From positions 5,208,001 to 5,272,000 of the forward strand of contig OZ024759.1 of NCBI GenBank assembly GCA_964016885.1: a stretch of 64,000 nt of DNA. The letters are read 5' to 3'. Under the pieces are notes generated by a model. The model was given only the letters and a program-made list of their open reading frames with translations, searched no databases and had not been told where the DNA came from. Made by a program: the position numbers and the translations under genes. Below, piece after piece: positions 12,151 to 27,049 of this stretch (positions are counted from its first letter, which is position 1; every line of letters begins with the position of its first letter). Source of the stretch: Eledone cirrhosa (lineage: Eukaryota).

Positions 12151-12552
12151 TAATTATTTAAATCTTGTGACTTAAATATTTTTCATATTTCAAAATAATC
12201 AATTAAACTTTAAATTGATTTTAAAAAGGTTTTTTTTCTTTACTTTTTAAAATATTTATTGAAGTGAAATATTAATTTCTAACATAATCACATGACTTGA
12301 CATTTGAAGTGATGGGGTGGGGGCTTAAAGTAATACTACCTAGTATTTTACTGGTACTTAATTAATCAACCCTGACAGTAGTGATGGATAAACCATTAAG
12401 CAAAATAATCACATGTTTAGGGTAACAAGGGAAAAGGGGTAAATTTTAATTAAATTAAACATATTTTTCATTCTGTCAACACCTTCCATCCAATTTTCTT
12501 CCAGAAGTTATTTATGAGGTGAGGGGTGGTGGGGGATGCACACCATCATCCT

Positions 12553-13193
12553 TAACCCTTTAGTATTTACATTACCCTATAAATACTATTATATTTTCAC
12601 GGTAAGGGCTTTATCTCTCATAATTATCTCGCATAATATTGAATCTATGAGATTTTGATATTATTTATTTTGAGAACAATACCTTGCTTTGCGGCACAGA
12701 GTTACTGCCCTTTGCGTTCTGAGTTCAAAACCCGCTGAGGTTTGCTTTGCCTTTCATCCTTACGGGGTCGATAAAATAAAGTACCAGTCACGCACTGGGG
12801 TCAATTAAATCGACTTTCCCCTGAAGTAAAAATTTCAATCTACACTTCGACAATGCTGTTTATTTTAACCCTTTAGTATTTACATTACTCTGTATTTACT
12901 ATTATATTTTCACAGTAAAGTCTTGTGGAGACACTGCACCCTTTAAAACCTCCATGCTTCCTGAGATTCGCCAACACTGCACCTAATATTCCCCCTCCAT
13001 ACACGCGCACATATGTATATCATGACTCACACTATTCACTTCCCTGACATTTGTATAAAATAAAGTACCAGTAATGTACTGGGTAATTTGCTGGCCTTGT
13101 GCCAAATGTAAAAACAATAATATTGAATCTATGAAATGTTTATATTATTTATTTAGAGAACAATACCTTCACATCGATATGCTAAAGGGTTAA
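12553..13193 (+). mobile_element. Cluster of piggyBac-like MITE pieces interrupted by SINE B and CR1-tail fragments
   Basis: ttaaccctttag at about 12552 and 12865, gctaaagggttaa at 13181-13193. Confidence 0.65.
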
Positions 13194-13284
13194 ACTTGTT
13201 AGGGCTTCAAAAGAACTTTATGAGACCCTGCACAGAAAAGTGAAAGACAAAGTCAACCATGGCAAGATTTGAACTCAGAATAGA

Positions 13285-13520
13285 ATGGTGGTGGTGGTGG
13301 TGGTGGTAGTTGTGGTAGTGGTGTTAGTGGCAGTGGTGGCTGGTGGTGGTGGTTGGTAGTGGTTGTGGAGGTGGTGGGGTTGTGGGTGAGGTGGTGGTGG
13401 TTGCAGTGGGAGTTGTGGTGGTTGATAGTGATGTTGGGTAGTGGTTGCGGTTGTGGTTGTGGTAGTGGTGGTAGTAGTGATGATGATGATAATAACAATG
13501 ATGATATTTATGATGATGAT
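13285..13520. repeat. (GGT)n/(GAT)n microsatellite
   Basis: Directly visible. Confidence 0.9.
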
Positions 13521-13534
13521 AGTACACCACTTAC

Positions 13535-13672
13535 CTGTCTGACAGTTGCCACCTTCATATCCAGGAGCACATCCTCCATTAGAGCAGCTACCAGTCTGTG
13601 GCTTACATTTACTCTTGTCAGCACAATGACACATGTTTCGACAGTTTGGTCCAAATTTTCCTCTCTTACATC
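13535..13672 (-). CDS. EGF-like exon (138 bp, phase 1-1)
   Basis: ttgtag|GA TGT AAG AGA...CAG ACA G|gtaagt; CKRGKFGPNCRNMCHCADKSKCKPQTGSCSNGGCAPGYEGGNCQT. Confidence 0.9.
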
Positions 13673-13837
13673 CTACAAATCAATCAATAACAAATATATA
13701 TTTTGGTGTGTATTTGTGTGGCCTTGTGGTAAGGGTGTTGGACTTACAATCATAATGTCGTGAGTTCTATTCCTCAACTAGGTTGTGTGTTGTGTTCTTG
13801 AGCAAAAGTATTTCCATTCATGTTGCTCCAGTATAAT

Positions 13838-14028
13838 AATAATTGTTTCTACTTTTGACACAAGGCCAGCAATTACCCAGTACATTACTGGTACTTTATT
13901 TTATCGACCCCGTAAGGATGAAAGGCAAAGTTAACCTTGGTGGGATTTGAACTCAGATCATAAAGGGACGTAACTCTATGCTTCAAAGCATGGCGTCCGA
14001 CTCTCTACCAATACTGACAATCCACCGC
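13838..14028 (-). mobile_element. SINE family B inserted into a CORE-like SINE
   Basis: gctccagtataataataat duplicated on both flanks; host SINE head at about 13718-13830. Confidence 0.75.
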
Positions 14029-14597
14029 TCCAGTATAATAATAATAATAGTGAAATTATTGTGTACAGTGCTCAGGTGCACTATAACTCATCAAAGGTGC
14101 ATGTAAAGCACATAGAATAATGAACAAATGTCAGGAAAATGAACAGTGTATGAGTCATGATAAACATATGTACGTGTGTATGGAGGAGGGATATCAGGTG
14201 TAGTGTTGGCGAATTTCAGGAAGCTTGGAGTTCAGTGCCAGTAATAGCTGGTGATTTAACCTTGGGATGGACTGGTGCCCTGTCCAGGGGAAGTTTTGTA
14301 TTTTAAGTCACTTCATGCCATAGATAGCACTGGCCTGATGACCCTCAGCACTCGAGACACACTTTAGACATTTTTTTGTTTTTGTATATTCAACAGCCCA
14401 GTCCTTCTAACTGTCAGTAGGTATCACACTGAGCAGAGTCCACTGTATTCCCCACACCTGGACAGGATGCTAGTCCATTGCATGGTATTTCACTGCTATA
14501 TTATTCTATCTACTCCAAAAGTATGACAGAAAAAGTTGATTTTGGTGGGATTTGAATACCGTTTTAAAAAAGAACTCAAAATCACAACCCAAAATAA

Positions 14598-14823
14598 AAC
14601 CTTTAGAATTAAAACCGGTTATATCCGGCCAGAATTCTCACACTTCTTTCTGTTCAAACCAGCCATAACTGGCTGCTCATACTTATGTTAAGGTATTGTT
14701 CTCAAAATAGATATTATCAAAATCTCATAGATTTGATATTATGTGAGATAATTATATGAGATAAAGCCTTTACTGTGAAAATATAATAGTGTATATGAAG
14801 TAGTGTAAATGCTAAAGGGTTAA
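14598..14823 (-). mobile_element. piggyBac-like MITE copy
   Basis: Reverse complement of 7138-7358; ends aatgctaaagggttaa. Confidence 0.8.
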
Positions 14824-15045
14824 TCTGTAACTCTACTGCCCCTGCTACTCACATCTTCCTCATGATCAACATTTAACATTGACTTCCCCTGTAACCAAGA
14901 GTGGGATGTGTCAACAGAGACCGACTCAGAACTTAATCGGAGCTACTGACCTCTCAGATGTTACTGATACATTTCATCATGACTGAAGAGGACATTCATC
15001 CATTTGTCTGGTAGATTCTCTAAAGAAATAGAACTACAAAAGAGC

Positions 15046-18000
15046 ACACACGTGTCTGACAGGTGCTACCTTATAACCAGGACCACACCATCTACTGTAA
15101 CACACCTGTCTGATAGGTGATACCTTATAACCAGGACCACACCATCTACTGTAACACACCTGTCTGACAGGTGCTACCTTATAACCAGGACCACACCATC
15201 TACTGTAACACACCTGTCTGATAGATGATACCTTATAACCAGGACCACACCATCTACTGGAACACACCTGTCTGACAGGTGCTACCTTATAACCAGGACC
15301 ACACCATCTACTGTAACACACCTGTCTGATAGATGATACCTTATAACCAGGACCACACCATCTACTGTAACACACATGTCTGACAGGTGCTACCTTATAA
15401 CCAGGACCACATCATCTACTGTAACACACCTGTCTGATAGATGATACCTTATAAACAGGACCACACCATCTACTGTAACACACCTGTCTGACAGGTGCTA
15501 CCTTATAACCAGGATCACACCATCTACTGTAACACACCTGTCTGACAGGTGCTACCATATAACCAGTACCACACCATCTACTGGAACACACGTGTCTGAC
15601 AGGTGCTACCTTATAACCAGGACCACACCATCTACTGTAACACACCTGTCTGACAGCTGCTACCTTATAACCAGGACCACACCATCTACTGGAACACACC
15701 TGTCTGACAGGTGCTACCTTATAACCAGGACCACACCATCTACTGTAACACACCTGTCTGATAGATGATACCTTATAACCAGGACCACACCATCTACTGG
15801 AACACACCTGTCTGCCAGGTGCTACCTTATAACCAGGACCACACCATCTACTGTAACACACCTGTCTGATAGATGATACCTTATAACCAGGACCACACCA
15901 TCTACTGTAACACACATGTCTGATAGCTGCTACCATATAACCAGGACCACACCATCTACTGTAACACACCTGTCTGATAGATGATACCTTATAACCAGGA
16001 CCACACCATCTACTGTAACACACCTGTCTGACAGGTGCTACCTTATAACCAGGACCACACCATCTACTGTAACACACCTGTCTGATAGATGATACCTTAT
16101 AACCAGGACCACACCATCTACTGTAACACACCTGTCTGACAGGTGCTACCTTATAACCAGGACCACACCTTCTACTGTAACACACCTGTCTGACAGGTGC
16201 TACCTTATAACCAGGACCACACCATCTACTGTAACACACCTATCTGACAGGTGCTACCTTATAACCAGGACCACACCTTCTACTGTAACACACCTGTCTG
16301 ACAGGTGCTACCTTATAACCAGGACCACACCATCTTCTGTAACACACCTGTCTGACAGCTGCTACCATATAACCAGGACCACACCATCTACTGTAACACA
16401 CCTGTCTGATAGCTCCTACCTTATAACCAGGACCACACTATCTACTGTAACACACTTGTCTGACAGGTGCTACCTTATAACCAGGACCACACCATCTACT
16501 GTAACACACCTGTCTGATAGATGATACCTTATAACCAGGACCACACCATCTACTGGAACACACCTGTCTGACAGGTGCTACCTTATAACCAGGACCACAC
16601 CATCTACTGTAACACACCTGTCTGATAGATGATACCTTATAACCAGGACCACACCATCTACTGTAACACACATGTCTGACAGGTGCTACCTTATAACCAG
16701 GACCACATCATCTACTGTAACACACCTGTCTGATAGATGATACCTTATAAACAGGACCACACCATCTACTGTAACACACCTGTCTGACAGGTGCTACCTT
16801 ATAACCAGGATCACACCATCTACTGTAACACACCTGTCTGACAGCTGCTACCATATAACCAGTACCACACCATCTACTGGAACACACGTGTCTGACAGGT
16901 GCTACCTTATAACCAGGACCACACCATCTACTGTAACACACCTGTCTGACAGCTGCTACCTTATAACCAGGACCACACCATCTACTGGAACACACCTGTC
17001 TGACAGGTGCTACCTTATAACCAGGACCACACCATCTACTGTAACACACCTGTCTGATAGATGATACCTTATAACCAGGACCACGCCATCTACTGGAACA
17101 CACCTGTCTGACAGGTGCTACCTTATAACCAGGACCACACCATCTACTGTAACACACCTGTCTGATAGATGATACCTTATAACCAGGACCACACCATCTA
17201 CTGTAACACACATGTCTGATAGCTGCTACCATATAACCAGGACCACACCATCTACTGTAACACACCTGTCTGATAGATGATACCTTATAACCAGGACCAC
17301 ACCATCTACTGTAACACACCTGTCTGACAGGTGCTACCTTATAACCAGGACCACACCATCTACTGTAACACACCTGTCTGACAGGTGCTACCTTATAACC
17401 AGGACCACACCATCTACTGTAACACACATGTCTGATAGCTGCTACCTTATAACCAGGACCACACCATCTACTGTAACACACCTGTCTGACAGCTGCTACC
17501 ATATAACCAGGACCACACCATCTACTGTAACACACCTGTCTGATAGATGATACCTTATAACCAGGACCACACCATCTACTGTAACACACCTGTCTGACAG
17601 GTGCTACCTTATAACCAGGACCACACCTTCTACTGTAACACACCTGTCTGACAGGTGCTACCTTATAACCAGGACCACACCATCTACTGTAACACACCTA
17701 TCTGACAGGTGCTACCTTATAACCAGGACCACACCTTCTACTGTAACACACCTGTCTGACAGGTGCTACCTTATAACCAGGACCACACCATCTTCTGTAA
17801 CACACCTGTCTGACAGCTGCTACCATATAACCAGGACCACACCATCTACTGTAACACACCTGTCTGATAGCTCCTACCTTATAACCAGGACCACACTATC
17901 TACTGTAACACACTTGTCTGACAGGTGCTACCTTATAACCAGGACCACACCATCTACTGTAACACACCTGTCTGATAGATGATACCTTATAACCAGGACC

Positions 18001-21000
18001 ACACCATCTACTGGAACACACCTGTCTGACAGGTGCTACCTTATAACCAGGACCACACCATCTACTGTAACACACCTGTCTGATAGATGATACCTTATAA
18101 CCAGGACCACACCATCTACTGTAACACACATGTCTGACAGGTGCTACCTTATAACCAGGACCACATCATCTACTGTAACACACCTGTCTGATAGATGATA
18201 CCTTATAAACAGGACCACACCATCTACTGTAACACACCTGTCTGACAGCTGCTACCTTATAACCAGGACCACACCATCTACTGTAACACACCTATCTGAC
18301 AGGTGCTACCTTATAACCAGGACCACACCTTCTACTGTAACACACCTGTCTGACAGGTGCTACCTTATAACCAGGACCACACCATCTTCTGTAACACACC
18401 TGTCTGACAGCTGCTACCATATAACCAGGACCACACCATCTACTGTAACACACCTGTCTGATAGCTCCTACCTTATAACCAGTACCACACTATCTACTGT
18501 AACACACTTGTCTGACAGGTGCTACCTTATAACCAGGACCACACCATCTACTGTAACACACCTGTCTGATAGATGATACCTTATAACCAGGACCACACCA
18601 TCTACTGGAACACACCTGTCTGACAGGTGCTACCTTATAACCAGGACCACACCATCTACTGTAACACACCTGTCTGATAGATGATACCTTATAACCAGGA
18701 CCACACCATCTACTGTAACACACATGTCTGACAGATGCTACCTTATAACCAGGACCACATCATCTACTGTAACACACCTGTCTGATAGATGATACCTTAT
18801 AAACAGGACCACACCATCTACTGTAACACACCTGTCTGACAGGTGCTACCTTATAACCAGGATCACACCATCTACTGTAACACACCTGTCTGACAGCTGC
18901 TACCATATAACCAGTACCACACCATCTACTGGAACACACGTGTCTGACAGCTGCTACCTTATAACCAGGACCACACCATCTACTGTAACACACCTGTCTG
19001 ACAGCTGCTACCTTATAACCAGGACCACACCATCTACTGGAACACACCTGTCTGACAGGTGCTACCTTATAACCAGGACCACACCATCTACTGTAACACA
19101 CCTGTCTGATAGATGATACCTTATAACCAGGACCACACCATCTACTGGAACACACCTGTCTGACAGGTGCTACCTTATAACCAGGACCACACCATCTACT
19201 GTAACACACCTGTCTGATAGATGATACCTTATAACCAGGACCACACCATCTACTGTAACACACCTGTCTGATAGATGATACCTTATAAACAGGACCACAC
19301 CATCTACTGTAACACACCTGTCTGACAGGTGCTACCTTATAACCAGGATCACACCATCTACTGTAACACACCTGTCTGACAGCTGCTACCATATAACCAG
19401 TACCACACCATCTACTGGAACACACGTGTCTGACAGGTGCTACCTTATAACCAGGACCACACCATCTACTGTAACACACCTGTCTGACAGCTGCTAACTT
19501 ATAACCAGGACCACACCATCTACTGGAACACACCTGTCTGACAGATGCTACCTTATAACCAGGACCACACCATCTACTGTAACACACCTGTCTGATAGAT
19601 GATACCTTATAACCAGGACCACACCATCTACTGGAACACACCTGTCTGACAGGTACTACCTTATAACCAGGACCACACCATCTACTGTAACACACCTGTC
19701 TGATAGATGATACCTTATAACCAGGACCACACCATCTACTGTAACACACATGTCTGATAGCTGCTACCATATAACCAGGACCACACCATCTACTGTAACA
19801 CACCTGTCTGATAGATGATACCTTATAACCAGGACCACACCATCTACTGTAACACACCTGTCTGACAGGTGCTACCTTATAACCAGGACCACACCATCTA
19901 CTGTAACACACCTGTCTGACAGGTGCTACCTTATAACCAGGACCACACCTTCTACTGTAACACACCTGTTTGACAGGTGCTACCTTATAACCAGGACCAC
20001 ACCATCTACTGTAACACACCTGTCTGACAGGTGCTACCTTATAACCAGGACCACACCTTCTACTGTAACACACCTGTCTGACAGGTGCTACCTTATAACC
20101 AGGACCACACCATCTACTGTAACACACCTGTCTGACAGGTGCTACCTTATAACCAGGACCACACCATCTACTGTAACACACATGTCTGATAGCTGCTACC
20201 TTATAACCAGGACCACACCATCTACTGTAACACACCTGTCTGACAGCTGCTACCATATAACCAGGACCACACCATCTACTGTAACACACCTGTCTGATAG
20301 ATGATACCTTATAACCAGGACCACACCATCTACTGTAACACACCTGTCTGACAGGTGCTACCTTATAACCAGGACCACACCTTCTACTGTAACACACCTG
20401 TCTGACAGGTGCTACCTTATAACCAGGACCACACCATCTACTGTAACACACCTATCTGACAGGTGCTACCTTATAACCAGGACCACACCTTCTACTGTAA
20501 CACACCTGTCTGACAGGTGCTACCTTATAACCAGGACCACACCATCTACTGTAACACACCTGTCTGACAGCTGCTACCATATAACCAGGACCACACCATC
20601 TACTGTAACACACCTGTCTGACAGCTGCTACCTTATAACCAGGACCACACCATCTACTGTAACACACCTGTCTGACAGCTCCTACCTTATAACCAGGACC
20701 ACACTATCTACTGTAACACACTTGTCTGATAGCTGCTACCTTATAACCAGGACCACACCATCTACTGTAACACACCTGTCTGACAGGTGATACCTTATAA
20801 CCAGGACCACGCCATCTACTGTAACACACCTGTCTGACAGCTGCTACCTTATAACCAGGACCACACCATCTACTGTAACACACCTGTCTGACAGCTGCTA
20901 CCTTATAACCAGGACCACACCATCTACTGTAACACACCTGTCTGACAGGTGCTACCTTATAACCAGGACCACACCATCTACTGTAACACACCTGTCTGAC

Positions 21001-24000
21001 AGGTGCTAACTTATAACCAGGACCACACCATCTACTGTAACACACTTATCTGACAGGTGCTACCTATTAACCAGGACCACACCATCTACTGTAACACACC
21101 TGTCTGACAGGTGCTACCTTATAACCAGGACCACACCATCTACTGTAACACACCTGTCTGATAGATGATACCTTATAACCAGGACCACACCATCTACTGT
21201 AACACACCTGTCTGACAGGTGCTACCTTATAACCAGGACCACACCATCTACTGTAACACACCTGTCTGACAGCTGCTACCTTATAACGAGGACCACACCA
21301 TCTACTGTAACACACCTCTCTGACAGGTGCTACCATATAACCAGGACCACACCATCTACTGTAACACACCTGTCTGATAGATGATACCTTATAACCAGGA
21401 CCACACCATCTACTGTAACACACCTGTCTGACAGGTGCTACCTTATAACCAGGACCACACCATCTACTGTAACACACCTGTCTGATAGATGATACCTTAT
21501 AACCAGGACCACACCATCTACTGTAACACACCTGTCTGATAGATGATACCTTATAACCAGGACCACACCATCTACTGTAACACACCTGTCTGATAGATGA
21601 TACCCTATAACCAGGACCACACCATCTACTGTAACACACCTGTCTGACAGGTGCTACCTTATAACCAGGACCACACCATCTACTGTAACACACCTGTCTG
21701 ATAGATGATACCTTATAACCAGGACCACACCATCTACTGGAACACACCTGTCTCACAGGTGCTACCTTATAACCAGGACCACACCATCTACTGTAACACA
21801 CCTGTCTGACAGGTGCTACCTTATAACCAGGACCACACCATCTACTGTAACACACCTGTCTGACAGGTGCTACCTTATAACCAGGATCACACCATCTACT
21901 GTAACACACCTGTCTGACAGGTGCTACCTTATAACCAGGACCACACCATCTACTGTAACACACCTGTCTGATAGATGATACCTTATAACCAGGACCACAC
22001 CATCTACTGTAACACACCTGTCTGACAGGTGCTACCTTATAACCAGGACCACACCATCTACTGTAACACACCTGTCTGACAGGTGCTACCTTATAACCAG
22101 GACCACACCTTCTACTGTAACACACCTGTCTGACAGGTGCTACCTTATAACCAGGACCACACCATCTACTGTAACACACCTGTCTGACAGGTGCTACCTT
22201 ATAACCAGGACCACACCATCTACTGTAACACACATGTCTGATAGATGATACCTTATAACCAGGACCACACCATCTACTGTAACACACCTGTCTGACAGCT
22301 GCTACCATACAACCAGGACCACACCATCTACTGTAACACACCTGTCTGATAGATGATACCTTATAACCAGGACCACACCATCTACTGTAACACACCTGTC
22401 TGACAGGTGCTACCTTATAACCAGGACCACACCATCTACTGTAACACACCTATCTGACAGGTGCTACCTTATAACCAGGACCACACCTTCTACTGTAACA
22501 CACCTGTCTGACAGGTGCTACCTTATAACCAGGACCACACCATCTACTGTAACACACCTGTCTGACAGCTGCTACCATATAACCAGGACCACACCATCTA
22601 CTGTAACACACCTGTCTGACAGCTGCTACCTTATAACCAGGACCACACCATCTACTGTAACACACCTGTCTGACAGCTCCTACCTTATAACCAGGACCAC
22701 ACTATCTACTGTAACACACTTGTCTGATAGCTGCTACCTTATAACCAGGACCACACCTTCTACTGTAACACACCTGTTTGACAGGTCCTACCTTATAACC
22801 AGGACCACACCATCTACTGTAACACACCTGTCTGACAGGTGCTACCTTATAACCAGGACCACACCATCTACTGTAACACACCTGTCTGACAGGTGATACC
22901 TTATAACCAGGACCACACCATCTACTGTAACACACCTGTCTGACAGCTGCTACCTTATAACCAGGACCACACCATCTACTGTAACACACCTGTCTGACAG
23001 CTGCTACCTTATAACCAGGACCACACCATCTACTGTAACACACCTGTCTGACAGGTGCTACCTTATAACCAGGACCACACCATCTACTGTAACACACCTG
23101 TCTGACAGGTGCTAACTTATAACCAGGACCACACCATCTACTGTAACACACTTATCTGACAGGTGCTACCTATTAACCAGGACCACACCATCTACTGTAA
23201 CACACCTGTCTGACAGGTGCTACCTTATAACCAGGACCACACCATCTACTGTAACACACCTGTCTGATAGATGATACCTTATAACCAGGACCACACCATC
23301 TACTGTAACACACCTGTCTGACAGGTGCTACCTTATAACCAGGACCACACCATCTACTGTAACACACCTGTCTGACAGCTGCTACCTTATAACGAGGACC
23401 ACACCATCTACTGTAACACACCTCTCTGACAGGTGCTACCATATAACCAGGACCACACCATCTACTGTAACACACCTGTCTGATAGATGATAACTTATAA
23501 CCAGGACCACACCATCTACTGTAACACACCTGTCTGATAGATGATACCTTATAACCAGGACCACACCATCTACTGTAACACACCTGTCTGACAGGTGCTA
23601 CCTTATAACCAGGACCACACCATCTACTGTAACACACCTGTCTGATAGATGATACCTTATAACCAGGACCACACCATCTACTGTAACACACCTGTCTGAT
23701 AGATGATACCTTATAACCAGGACCACACCATCTACTGTAACACACCTGTCTGATAGATGATACCCTATAACCAGGACCACACCATCTACTGTAACACACC
23801 TGTCTGACAGGTGCTACCTTATAACCAGGACCACACCATCTACTGTAACACACCTGTCTGATAGATGATACCTTATAACCAGGACCACACCATCTACTGG
23901 AACACACCTGTCTCACAGGTGCTACCTTATAACCAGGACCACACCATCTACTGTAACACACCTGTCTGACAGGTGCTACCTTATAACCAGGACCACACCA

Positions 24001-24290
24001 TCTACTGTAACACACCTGTCTGACAGGTGCTACCTTATAACCAGGATCACACCATCTACTGTAACACACCTGTCTGACAGGTGCTACCTTATAACCAGGA
24101 CCACACCATCTACTGTAACACACCTGTCTGATAGATGATACCTTATAACCAGGACCACACCATCTACTGTAACACACCTGTCTGACAGCTGCTACCTTAT
24201 AACCAGGACCACACCATCTACTGTAACACACCTGTCTGATAGATGATACCTTATAACCAGGAACACACCTTCCACTGGAACACACACCTG
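15046..24290. repeat. 54-bp minisatellite, about 170 copies with higher-order structure, derived from EGF exon 3' half
   Basis: Unit cacacctgtctgacaggtgctaccttataaccaggaccacaccatctactgtaa aligns to exon segment cctgtctgacagttgctaccttcataaccagcagcacatcctccactagaacacaca. Confidence 0.95.
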
Positions 24291-24367
24291 TCTCTGTCTT
24301 ACACCTGTCTCTGTGTTACACCTACTATCATCTTGACTAAATATATTAAGTAACAAACAAAGCTTAC

Positions 24368-24505
24368 CTGTCTGACAGTTGCTACTTTCATAACCAGCAG
24401 TACATCCTCCTCTAGAACACACACCTGTCTGTTTGTTACATTTACTGTTGTCAGCACAGTAACATGTGTTGCCACAGTTGGCTCCAAATTTTCCATTTCT
24501 ACAGA
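24368..24505 (-). CDS. EGF-like exon (138 bp, phase 1-1)
   Basis: ttccacag|TC TGT AGA AAT...G|gtaagc; CRNGKFGANCGNTCYCADNSKCNKQTGVCSRGGCTAGYESSNCQT. Confidence 0.87.
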
Positions 24506-24769
24506 CTGTGGAAATAAAAATATGAGAACAATGACAATAACAACAACATATAACACTATACAAGATAATGCTTCTGATTTAGGCACAAGGCCAGCAATTT
24601 TAGGGGAGGAGAAAATCAATTAAATCGACCCCAGTGTGTGACTGGTACTTCATTTTATCAACCCTGTTGGGATGAAAGGGATAGCTACCACAATTCTATC
24701 ATCTATATTATAGCGTTGTCATCTATACTATATCTATATCATCTGTACTATATTTGTATCATCTTAATT

Positions 24770-25235
24770 TCCATGTTTCTAACACCCATGGATATGCCTA
24801 CAAAGTCAGAAAACAGCACAGCTCCCATGACTTTCGGAAACATTTTTTCAAGCTCAGAGTTGCTGAAGCATGGAACAAACTACCTGCATCAGTTGTTAGC
24901 TGTCGAGACACATCCTTTACAACCGCCATGGAACAAACTAATTGCATCAGTTGTTAGCTGTCGAGACACTACATCCTTTAAAACCTCCATGGAACAAACT
25001 ACCTGCATCAGTTGTTAGCTGTCGAGACACTACATCCTTTAAAACCTCTATGCTTCCTGAGATTCGTCAACACTGCACCTGATGTCCCCCCTTCCATACA
25101 CACGCACACATGTATTTCATGACTCTAACACTGTTCCTTTTCCTGACATTTAAACATTATTCTATGTACTATACATGCACCTTTGATGAGTTGTAGTGCA
25201 CCTGAGCACTGTACACAATAATTTCATTATTATAT
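24770..25235 (+). mobile_element. CR1-type LINE 3' fragment with small internal triplication
   Basis: THGYAYKVRKQHSSHDFRKHFFKLRVAEAWNKLP matches the CR1 C-terminal FF..RV...WN.LP motif; (att)n tail; related pieces at about 12930 and 14040-14230. Confidence 0.7.
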
Positions 25236-25411
25236 TATTTTATACTCCAGTGGTATGACCTAAACTATATATAATCCATACTATATCTATACAATCTATA
25301 TGATTTCCGTAACATCGATATTATGTCTATATACTTGCCGATTCTCTACACTCCATACCAATGTTATACTATATATTCATGAGGCTATGATATCCCCTTT
25401 ATATTGTAAGC

Positions 25412-25745
25412 ACATAGCTTAGTAGTTAGAGCATTGGCCTTGCAATCGAAAGGTTGTGAGTTCAATTCTCAGACCGGGTGATGTGTTGTTTCCTTGAGCG
25501 GTACACTTTATTTCCCATTGCTCCAGTTTACTCAGTTGTAGAAATGAGATGATAGGGACTGGGGTCCATATCATTCCACTGCAAAGTGGTCCTGGAGGTG
25601 CCACGGCAAAAAACACCCAATACTCACTGTAAATGAGGTTGGTGTTAGGAAGGGCATCCAGCTGTAGAAATCAAGCCAGAATCAGTTTCCGTCCCACCCT
25701 TGTAAGCAGGGAAATGCAGACGTAAAATGATGATGATGATGATTG
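25412..25745 (+). mobile_element. tRNA/CORE-like SINE (family C)
   Basis: Head ggttagagc...gagttcaattctc, core ccttgagc...ctttatttc...tgctccagt, (gat)n tail. Confidence 0.75.
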
Positions 25746-25920
25746 TAGCTCCAAAACAGTTTAAATCTACCTGTCTCACAGGTGTTACCTTCATAACCAG
25801 CACTACACCCTCCACTAAAACACACACCTGTCTCTGTGTTACACTTAGCTGTGTGTTACACCTACTGTCATCTTGACTCAATATATCATGTTAGAAACAA
25901 AGCTATACTACACCACTTAC

Positions 25921-26058
25921 CTGTCTGACAGTTGCTACCTTCATAACCAGCAGTACATCCTCCACTAGAACACACACCTGTCTGTTTGTAACACCTGTTA
26001 TTATCAGCACAGTGGCATGTGTGTTTACAGTTAGCTCCAAATTTACCAATGTCACAGG
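25921..26058 (-). CDS. EGF-like exon (138 bp, phase 1-1)
   Basis: ttacag|CC TGT GAC ATT...G|gtaagt; CDIGKFGANCKHTCHCADNNRCYKQTGVCSSGGCTAGYEGSNCQT. Confidence 0.88.
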
Positions 26059-26119
26059 CTGTAATATGAAATGTAATGTAAACAGTTTGAACAATTTCAA
26101 GATATAATATTTAGAATTA

Positions 26120-26740
26120 TTAACCTTTTTGATATCAAAATACCTGACACCGATTAACTGTTTTACTCTATATATTTATCTAAAAACCTCCCACTATAGT
26201 GTTATGTAAGAACTTTTGTTAAGTTATGTTCCATCCAAAATATTAGTGATGAAAATCTCAGTTATATAACTATAGCCCTTCAAATTCTTCATTATATAAA
26301 AATTTGTTTAAATTTGTATGCAATATATTTCTTTAGTAATATGGTAATGAAAGGATTAATGACATAGACAGTGTCTTTAAGTAGAAATATGGTAATGAAA
26401 GGGTTAATGATATAGACAGTGTCTTTAAGTAGAAATATGTAATGAAAGGGTTAATGACATAGACAGTGTCTTTAAGTAGAGATATGGTAATGAAAGGGTT
26501 AATGACATAGACAGTGTCTTTAAGTAGAAATATGGTAATGAAAGGGTTAATGACATAGACAGTGTCTTTAAGTAGAGATATGTAATGAAAGGGTTAATGA
26601 CATAGACAGTGTCTTTAAGTAGAAATATGGTAATGAAAGGGTTAATGACATAGACAGTGTCTTTAAGTAGAGATATGTAATGAAAGGGTTAATGACATAG
26701 ACAGTGTCTTTAAGTAGAAACTTGGTAATGAAAGGTTTAA
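26120..26740. mobile_element. Second TTAA-type MITE whose right terminus is amplified as a 48-bp tandem repeat
   Basis: Left ttaacctttttgatatc; right ggtaatgaaagggttaa repeated about 8 times from 26335. Confidence 0.6.
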
Positions 26741-27049
26741 TCCAAATATTCAATTACTTTGAAGCAAGAAACAAATGCAAATATCCGACTAACTTGAATT
26801 TTCCATCGGATTTTAAAATTATTTTACGTATTTTTGCTATATTAGTTTTTTTAACTTAATATTATTATTTTTCTATTGTATTTCTTTATAATTATGTGAA
26901 TACAAAAATATTTTATATTGTAACTTTTTATGTTAAATAATAAATGACTATAAAACTATACAAAAACTATAATAATTTCACAAAAGTCGCATTCATAGGT
27001 ATATCAACTTATGCGACCTCCTTTATTACTGCCTAATTTAAATGTGGCC

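Noticed and set aside
15034-24285. Cys-rich CYSRWCGPGYKVAPVRQV repeat ORFs as a real protein
   Set aside because: The unit mixes two frames of the EGF half-exon, has scattered stops and no exon boundaries.
15046-24290. CRISPR-like array
   Set aside because: No unique spacers, no cas genes, and the context is eukaryotic intron.
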